Below are positions 58,357 through 64,000 of a DNA stretch of 64,000 bases, one piece after another; positions within the stretch are counted from its first letter, which is position 1, and every line of letters begins with the position of its first letter. The DNA is from Candidatus Zhuqueibacterota bacterium (lineage in GTDB: Bacteria > Zhuqueibacterota > Zhuqueibacteria > Zhuqueibacterales > Zhuqueibacteraceae), in contig JAKEEU010000332.1 of assembly GCA_022616415.1 (NCBI GenBank), positions 1,367 through 65,366 on the forward strand, in the 5' to 3' direction. Under the pieces are notes generated by a model that saw only the letters and a list, made by a program, of their open reading frames with translations, searched no databases and had not been told where the DNA came from. The position numbers were made by a program, and so were the translations under genes.

Positions 58357-61152
58357 ATGGACGATAGAATGATCGAGCCGCTTATTGAACGCCGCGTCGA
58401 GAAAACGGAGAAGCTCTCTCCGCTCTTCGCGGCCAATTGGCCTGAAATCATCACGCAGGCGGCTTCCCGCTCCAACGGCGCGAGTTTTTATCGCTGCGCG
58501 CTGCAAGTGAATACGCCGTTTCAAGACAATTTCAAAGGCTTTGACTCCCGCCATCGTCGCCGCACGGCGACTCATCAGCGTGACTATGCGCTGGCGCTGG
58601 CGAAAGCTTGCAAAAAAATCGGCATCGATGTGATCGGACTATGTGACCATAACAGTGTGGATTACATCGAAACCGTTCGCCACGAACTCGGGCAGGAAGG
58701 CATCATTGTTTTTCCCGGCTTCGAGGTGGCGAGCACCGAAGGCATTCATATCTTATGCTTGTTCAGCCCGCACGCTAATGTTAAAGATCTCGATCATTTG
58801 CTCACCGAATTGGACTTGCCCCCGAAAGAACGCTGGACGAACGGCGAGGGGCAGGCACCGCGACAATCGAAACGCTCGTTCCCACAAATTTTGGAACGTG
58901 TGCAACGCAATCGCGAAGGCATTTGTATCGCGGCCCATGTTGATCGCGAAAACGGCTTGCTCGATGAATGCTCCAAAACCACACGCGTACAATATTTTAC
59001 CGATCCCAGTCTGCTTGCGGCCCAAATTGCCGGCCGGCGGGAAGATTTGACGGATTTCTACCGCAAAATCGTCAACGGTGAACTCGATCATTATCGCCGG
59101 CAACAATCCATCGCGCTGATCAACTGCCTAGATGTTTACAATTTGAAAGACTTGAACCAGCCCGTATGCAGCACCTGGATCAAAATGTCCTCGCCGTCCA
59201 TCGAAGGCTTGTGGCAGGCGTTTCTCGATCCGGATTCGCGGCTGCGCCTGCTCTCGGAGGAACCTCCCAAACCTCACGCCGAATTGGTCGCCATCACTTG
59301 GCAGGGCGGCTTTCTGGATGGCGGCATGATTCATCTCAACGAAAATCTCAATTGTCTGATCGGCGGCCGCGGCGCTGGCAAATCCACCGTCATCGAAAGC
59401 TTGCGCTACGTTTTGGATCTCAAGCCGATTGGCGAGGAGGTTCGCCGGTCGCACGCCGGAATTTTGCAACAGGTGCTGCGCACGGGCACGCATGTCTCTT
59501 TGCTGGTGCGGTCATATTTTCCTTCGCCTTGTCATTATCTCATCGAGCGCACGTATCCCGAAGCGCCGGTGGTGCATGACGAAGAGGGCAACGAGCTGCC
59601 CATTCACCCCGGTGAGATTTTGCCCGGCGTGGAAATTTTTGGCCAGCACGAGATTGCGGAGATTGCAAAAAATCCGGCGAAGCAATATCAGCTTTTGCGC
59701 CGCTTCCGCAACGTCGAAGCGGTCGAGCTGGAAGCGACGAAACAAGAGCTATGTCGCGCTCTCGAAGCCAATCGCCTCGAGCTGGCAAAGGTGGAAAAAG
59801 AGATGGAGGCCGTCGAAGAGAAACTCAGTCGCTTGCCCGCGGTCGAAGAGAAACTGCGGCGTTACAAGGATCTCGGCATTGAAACGAAATTGCAAGAACA
59901 ATCCCTGCTCGCGCGTGAAGAATCCCTCGTCAAGGCCAGCCGCCAGCGCTTGCCGGCGTTCAAAAAAGCGCTCGAGTCGCTGCATCAAATTTTGGCGCAA
60001 AGCCTCACTCGTCGTGACGCTGCCGCCATGGCCGATTTGCCCAACGCCGATCTCATGGAACGTCTTGACGACGCGCTTGCCAACCTCGAGGAGCAGGCGC
60101 AGAACAGCGTGGATGAGATGACGAATGCGCTGAAGCAAGCCGAAGACGAGCTCTTGGGTATTTCCGGGGAATGGGAAAAACGGCGGCAGGCCAAGCGCAG
60201 CGAGTACGAAAAGACACTCCGCGAACTGCACAAAGAGGCGATTGACGGCGCTGATTTCATGAAGCTGCGAAAAGAGTACGAAATGCTCGTACCATTGCAA
60301 AAAGAGGCGCACAAATTAAAGCAACAATGCGACGATTTACTGGCGCAACGTCACCAGCTTTTGGAGGAATGGGAAGCGGCCAAATCGCAACTATTTGAAT
60401 TCGACCAGGAAGCCGCCGACAAAATTTCAGAGGAGTTGGCCGGACGCGTGCGGGCAAGGGTGGTGAGGGAGTTTGACTTGACTCCGCTGATCGAGCTGTT
60501 GAAAAGACACATTAAAAATTTAAAAACGCCCCCACTTTATAATCGTCTGCACGAAAAAAATTTGATTTCGTTGGCTGACTTCATTCAGCACGTCCGTGAG
60601 GGCAAAGAGACGCTACGCGATATTTATGGCTTGCAGGATAAAACCGCGGCGGCGCTGGCAGGCCTCTCCGAAAAAGCTTTGCGCGAAATGGAAGAGCTGG
60701 AGCTGCCGACCACGATTCGTCTCGAGTTGAACACAGCACTCCAAGGCCGGGCGCCGAATTGGAAGGAGATGCAGGAGCTTTCCACCGGCCAAAAAGCGAC
60801 GGTGATTTTGCTGCTGCTGTTTTTGGAAAGCGAAACGCCGTTAGTGATCGACCAGCCGGAAGACGATCTCGACAACAGCTTCATTGCGGAGACCATCATC
60901 CCCACACTGCGCCAGGAGAAACGCCGGCGGCAATTTCTTTTTGCGACGCACAACGCCAATCTGCCGGTGTTGGGTGACGCCGAGCTGATCGTGACACTCG
61001 AGGCTTCCGGCGAAGGCGAGACCGGTTCTGCAAAAATTAACGACGAGCATATTGGCTCGATTGACCTGGCTTCGGTTAAATTCCAGGTGGAGCAAATTTT
61101 GGAGGGCGGCAAGCAGGCGTTTGAGATGCGGCGGGCGAAGTATGGGTTTTGA
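58357..61152 (+). CDS. PHP-domain phosphoesterase fused to an SMC/Rad50/RecF-like ABC ATPase with a long coiled-coil insert
   Basis: PHP-like motifs GLCDHNSV, FPGFEVASTEGIHILCLF and IAAHVDREN. Walker A LIGGRGAGKST (~59362-59388). About 330 aa of E/K/L/Q-rich coiled coil. Signature LSTGQKA, Walker B LVIDQPEDDLD, and FATHNANL. Confidence 0.75.
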   Translation: MDDRMIEPLIERRVEKTEKLSPLFAANWPEIITQAASRSNGASFYRCALQVNTPFQDNFKGFDSRHRRRTATHQRDYALALAKACKKIGIDVIGLCDHNSVDYIETVRHELGQEGIIVFPGFEVASTEGIHILCLFSPHANVKDLDHLLTELDLPPKERWTNGEGQAPRQSKRSFPQILERVQRNREGICIAAHVDRENGLLDECSKTTRVQYFTDPSLLAAQIAGRREDLTDFYRKIVNGELDHYRRQQSIALINCLDVYNLKDLNQPVCSTWIKMSSPSIEGLWQAFLDPDSRLRLLSEEPPKPHAELVAITWQGGFLDGGMIHLNENLNCLIGGRGAGKSTVIESLRYVLDLKPIGEEVRRSHAGILQQVLRTGTHVSLLVRSYFPSPCHYLIERTYPEAPVVHDEEGNELPIHPGEILPGVEIFGQHEIAEIAKNPAKQYQLLRRFRNVEAVELEATKQELCRALEANRLELAKVEKEMEAVEEKLSRLPAVEEKLRRYKDLGIETKLQEQSLLAREESLVKASRQRLPAFKKALESLHQILAQSLTRRDAAAMADLPNADLMERLDDALANLEEQAQNSVDEMTNALKQAEDELLGISGEWEKRRQAKRSEYEKTLRELHKEAIDGADFMKLRKEYEMLVPLQKEAHKLKQQCDDLLAQRHQLLEEWEAAKSQLFEFDQEAADKISEELAGRVRARVVREFDLTPLIELLKRHIKNLKTPPLYNRLHEKNLISLADFIQHVREGKETLRDIYGLQDKTAAALAGLSEKALREMEELELPTTIRLELNTALQGRAPNWKEMQELSTGQKATVILLLLFLESETPLVIDQPEDDLDNSFIAETIIPTLRQEKRRRQFLFATHNANLPVLGDAELIVTLEASGEGETGSAKINDEHIGSIDLASVKFQVEQILEGGKQAFEMRRAKYGF

Positions 61153-61353
61153 TGTTGTAGGGTCCGAGGTCCGAAGCCGTAAAGTCCGAAGTCTACGTCT
61201 TGATTCACCGCCAGAACATCCGTGCTATTGATAAGATGCACGGCACAAAATGGCCTTGGGAAAAGATGATTTGTTAGCCGTTCAAAACGTGACGTGGGAA
61301 AATTGGCTCGCGGCCTGCTCGCCATTCATTCCACTTATCGGTTAAAAACCCTG

Positions 61354-62238
61354 TCATCCTAAAACCTCGCCCGCGTGATTTTTCTTCGCAGCTTCCCATC
61401 CCAGCATCGCTTTCTTTCGCGCTGCGCCCCAACGATAATTTCCAAACTCGCCGAGCTTGCGGACGACGCGGTGACAGGGAATGATGTACGCCACCGGATT
61501 TTGCGCGACCGCGTTGCCGACGGCGCGTGAGGCGTTCGGCATGCCGATGCGGGCCGCAATATCTTCATAAGACGCGACGGCGCCCGCAGGAATTTTGAGC
61601 AACGCCTCCCACACTTTGATTTGAAAATTGGTGCCGGCGAGAAACAGGTGCAATGGCCGCGGTTTGCCGTTTTTGATGGGATTAAAAATTTGTTCGACCA
61701 ACGCGCGCGTTTTGTTTGGGGCGACGGTTATTCTAGCGTTCTCCCATCTTTTTTGAAGTGATTTGATGGCTTGGGTGCGCTCACCTTCTTGCACGAATGA
61801 CAAATGGCAAATGCCGCGATCCGTTACAGCGAGCAAACAGTGGCCGAACGGCGTGGGATGGAATCCGTAAAATATCTGCAACCCCTCGCCTTTGTTTTTA
61901 AACTCGCCCGGCGTAACGGCTTCACACGTGACAAATAGTTCGTGCAAACGTCCGGTACCGGAGAGCCCGCTCTCATAAGCCACGTCCAGCAAGTTGGGCG
62001 AGCTTTCGATTAATTCCTTGGCGTATTCTTTGGTCAGAAATTGGATAAAGCGCTTGGGGCTGATGCCGACCCAGCGGCTGAACAGGCGCTGGAAATGGTA
62101 TTCACTCAGCGCCATACTCTTGGCAATCTGGTCCAAGCTCGGCTGCCGGCGAAAATTCTTTTCGAGCGCAATAATGGCTTGCTCGATGCGCTGATAATCA
62201 GCAGAAAGCTGCGTGTTGTTTGGCGATGACATAAGCAC
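61354..62238 (-). CDS. AraC-type HTH domain fused to methylated-DNA-protein-cysteine methyltransferase (Ada/Ogt-like)
   Basis: LDQIAKSMALSEYHFQRLFSRWVGISPKRF (AraC HTH) and IIPCHRVV (MGMT active-site PCHR motif). Confidence 0.8.
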   Translation of the reverse strand: MLMSSPNNTQLSADYQRIEQAIIALEKNFRRQPSLDQIAKSMALSEYHFQRLFSRWVGISPKRFIQFLTKEYAKELIESSPNLLDVAYESGLSGTGRLHELFVTCEAVTPGEFKNKGEGLQIFYGFHPTPFGHCLLAVTDRGICHLSFVQEGERTQAIKSLQKRWENARITVAPNKTRALVEQIFNPIKNGKPRPLHLFLAGTNFQIKVWEALLKIPAGAVASYEDIAARIGMPNASRAVGNAVAQNPVAYIIPCHRVVRKLGEFGNYRWGAARKKAMLGWEAAKKNHAGEVLG

Positions 62239-62246
62239 CTCTGGTT

Positions 62247-62446
62247 GGGCGAAGTCGAACTTGGGCAGCAGGTTTTACGAAATTTGAAACAGCATCGCGC
62301 CCAAGTCCGACTTCACATTCACTGGTGCTATTTTAATCATTTTGCAGCTCAAAAACAACCCGATTCTTGCGATCTTTGCGAAGCCGGACTTGGGCGCACC
62401 GTTTCTTCACTTTTAAGAAATCCTGATGCCCAAGCCCGACTTCACT
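62247..62446. repeat. Two tandem copies of the GAAGTCGGACTTGG...CCAAGTCCGACTTC hairpin element
   Basis: GCGAAGTCGAACTTGGGC ... GCCCAAGTCCGACTTCAC (about 62249-62316) and GCGAAGCCGGACTTGGGC ... GCCCAAGCCCGACTTCAC (about 62378-62446). A related element lies at 51886-51949. Confidence 0.6.
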
Positions 62447-62915
62447 TATATTGCTCGGCGAGGCGCTGGCGTTCCGCCGCCGTCCACGCGCCAAGCTGCT
62501 GAATGTCATCTTGAGAAAGCCTGGCCTCGGGATGGAGCAGCAGATACGACTTGAGCGGCATGGCGCCTTTTTCCACTTCCTCGAACATCTCTTGGAGCTT
62601 TTTTCTCATGCGCTTTGGCTCATAAGCAGCCCATTCGGAAAAATTCAAATGCTTGCGACCGTCGTTGACGTGATCAACGAGAAACCACGAAACCGGCTCG
62701 ACGTAGCTGTACAACGGCCATCGCGTTTGATGAGAATGGCAGTCCTGGCAAGCGCGCGCGATGATCGCCGAAACTTCCGGTGTTATTTGGGTGTTCACTT
62801 GAATCGTACGCGCAGCTTCAACAGGCGGGTTGGTCTTTTCAGGGCCGGCGAACTGGATGGCTGCAAACAATGCTGCTAAAGCCAGGGTTGGCCATTTTAA
62901 AATTTTTTTCATCAT
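62442..62915 (-). CDS. Heme-binding-domain protein (CxxCH), secreted
   Basis: Signal-like MMKKILKWPTLALAALFAAIQFA. ACQDCHSHQTRWPLYSYVEPVSWFLVDHVNDGRKHLNFSEW matches the haem-binding domain family pattern. Confidence 0.65.
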   Translation of the reverse strand: MMKKILKWPTLALAALFAAIQFAGPEKTNPPVEAARTIQVNTQITPEVSAIIARACQDCHSHQTRWPLYSYVEPVSWFLVDHVNDGRKHLNFSEWAAYEPKRMRKKLQEMFEEVEKGAMPLKSYLLLHPEARLSQDDIQQLGAWTAAERQRLAEQYK

Positions 62916-63011
62916 TTCGTTTCCAGATTGGTTTGGAGTTTGCCCTTCTACCAAAGCATGCTAGACTCTCCGCTCTGTGGATTAAAGCATTTTTCATTTG
63001 AATAAAGAGGT

Positions 63012-63095
63012 TGTCATTCCGAGCGTAGCGAGGAATCTGCTGCTAAACAGATTCCCTGCGGGCGTAGCCTCGTCGCTACGCTCCTCGGAATGACA
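63012..63095. repeat. REP-like nested palindrome of the GTCATTCCGAGCG.AGCGAGGAATC type
   Basis: TGTCATTCCGAGCGTAGCGAGG ... CCTCGTCGCTACGCTCCTCGGAATGACA, with the inner stem GGAATCTG/CAGATTCC. Confidence 0.6.
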
Positions 63096-63244
63096 TACTC
63101 ACTCAATCGAAAAATGCTGTAATATCAACAAATTTAAAAAATTCTAAATGATGATGCCGGCAACAATAAGATGCCGCGTAGAGATAAAGGTTTAACTGGA
63201 GGAGAAGAGCAAAGTTTTATTTTAATTCGTAGTGTCACACATGC

Positions 63245-63850
63245 CTACTTCAATCTGATATCTTTGACCACTCGCCACACGCCGTCTTTATCCTTGGTCA
63301 GTGGCCGGACAGATAGAAAAGTATCGGCCCGTTGTGAGGCCGAAAGGTTCGGATTTCCGAGCCAGCGGTCGCCTTCGAATTGCAGCTCGTCATACTGCTT
63401 GGAGTAACCTTTGCCCGAAATCACGTAATGCACGTGCGCCGGGTTGCCGCCGCCGGGATAAGCAGCCGGCTTGATCGTGCGATACTCGTATTTACCCTCG
63501 GCATTGGTTCGCATCGCGCCGTTGAGGCGCGGGTTGGATGAGCTGTTGCTGCCTTTGCGATAATAGCCCTCGGCATCGGTGTGATAAACGTAAACCGTGA
63601 TGCCCTCCACTGGCGTCTTGCCGCCCGGCTTATAAACCGTTCCGGAGACGACGAGCGGCTCGCCCGGCTCGTCGCTGGACGCGATGACGGTTTTCCAGGA
63701 GAGTGATTTTGAGGCGCCGTTAGTTGAACGAGCTTGTGAGAAAGCCCGATTAGCGGACAAAACCAAAACATAAACCAGTCCGAGGAACAGCGTAAGAAGA
63801 CGTTGAACGATCCGGAAGCGGCGGATGGCTTTTGAAAATTTTGCACTCAT
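63245..63850 (-). CDS. Intradiol ring-cleavage dioxygenase-like protein, secreted
   Basis: GEPLVVSGTVYKPGGKTPVEGITVYVYHTDAEGYY...RTNAEGKYEYRTIKPAAYPGGGNPAHVHYVI. Start at the ATG at 63850. Confidence 0.65.
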   Translation of the reverse strand: MSAKFSKAIRRFRIVQRLLTLFLGLVYVLVLSANRAFSQARSTNGASKSLSWKTVIASSDEPGEPLVVSGTVYKPGGKTPVEGITVYVYHTDAEGYYRKGSNSSSNPRLNGAMRTNAEGKYEYRTIKPAAYPGGGNPAHVHYVISGKGYSKQYDELQFEGDRWLGNPNLSASQRADTFLSVRPLTKDKDGVWRVVKDIRLK

Positions 63851-63900
63851 AACAAAAACCTCACTAAATGAATTCACGTTTGAAAAACTTTTTTAAAATT

Positions 63901-63961
63901 CCCAACGGATAAATGCAGACCAACGGATAAAACCTCAGTTGGTCTGCATTTATCCGTTGGG
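63901..63961. repeat. Perfect 24-bp inverted repeat (CCCAACGGATA family), a bidirectional terminator-like hairpin
   Basis: CCCAACGGATAAATGCAGACCAAC (63901-63924) is the exact reverse complement of GTTGGTCTGCATTTATCCGTTGGG (63938-63961). It is flanked by A/T runs. Confidence 0.65.
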
Positions 63962-64000
63962 AAAATTATTTTCATTTCCTCGAATCAATCTTAGCACCGG

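Noticed and set aside
1-64000. A scan of gene-free gaps for tRNA, rRNA, tmRNA, CRISPR arrays, integrases and transposases that might define a mobile island.
   Set aside because: None was recognised by eye. The intergenic gaps contain hairpins and short-period repeats but no cloverleaf-like or rRNA-like sequence. I therefore make no claim about island boundaries or the mobility of the accessory stretch apart from the DGR itself.

Overview
This looks like a Gram-negative bacterial contig of FCB-superphylum type, based on a TonB-dependent receptor, a PorV-like protein, a cargo protein with a T9SS C-terminal sorting domain, and MurJ. The first ~25 kb is mostly minus-strand envelope and housekeeping genes. 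These include TPR proteins, an archaeal-type FtsZ paralog with a ~500-aa C-terminal extension, a polysaccharide block (GDP-mannose 6-dehydrogenase, NDP-sugar epimerase, heparinase II/III-like protein), a STAS-domain protein, OM beta-barrels, a TBDR/giant-cargo/PorV cluster, and DUF962, DinB and CoA-transferase B genes. From ~25 kb onward, core genes (aldehyde dehydrogenase, cyclase/formamidase, murJ, M28 peptidase, DUF4032, DUF92 membrane protein, RuBisCO-like protein, TrmH methyltransferase, Ada/Ogt, heme-binding protein, intradiol dioxygenase-like) are interleaved with conflict-system genes. The conflict-system genes are two paralogous HEPN+partner pairs, an LRR-Roc-COR (ROCO) GTPase, an AbrB-like + C39-like peptidase pair, BrnT/BrnA, a DUF4062-NACHT-TPR STAND NTPase, a DUF5678 + retropepsin-like pair, DUF433/DUF5615, VapBC, and a PHP-domain/ABC-SMC-like ATPase. 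The stand-out element is a complete diversity-generating retroelement on the minus strand at ~48.5-53.9 kb, ordered target2 - avd - TR - RT - target1. Its single template repeat matches two variable repeats, and every mismatch lies at a template adenine. The two diversified genes are immune-type proteins: a TIR domain and a NACHT-like P-loop NTPase, each fused to a C-terminal DUF1566 (C-type-lectin-fold) domain that carries the VR. Three conflict-type genes (ROCO, the NACHT-TPR gene, the second HEPN copy) each carry a single in-frame stop codon with clearly coding sequence continuing in the same frame. Several families of intergenic palindromic or short-period repeats are also present. I recognised no rRNA, tRNA, CRISPR array, integrase or transposase. 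All family assignments come from reading motifs by eye and from memory of family signatures; no searches were run.
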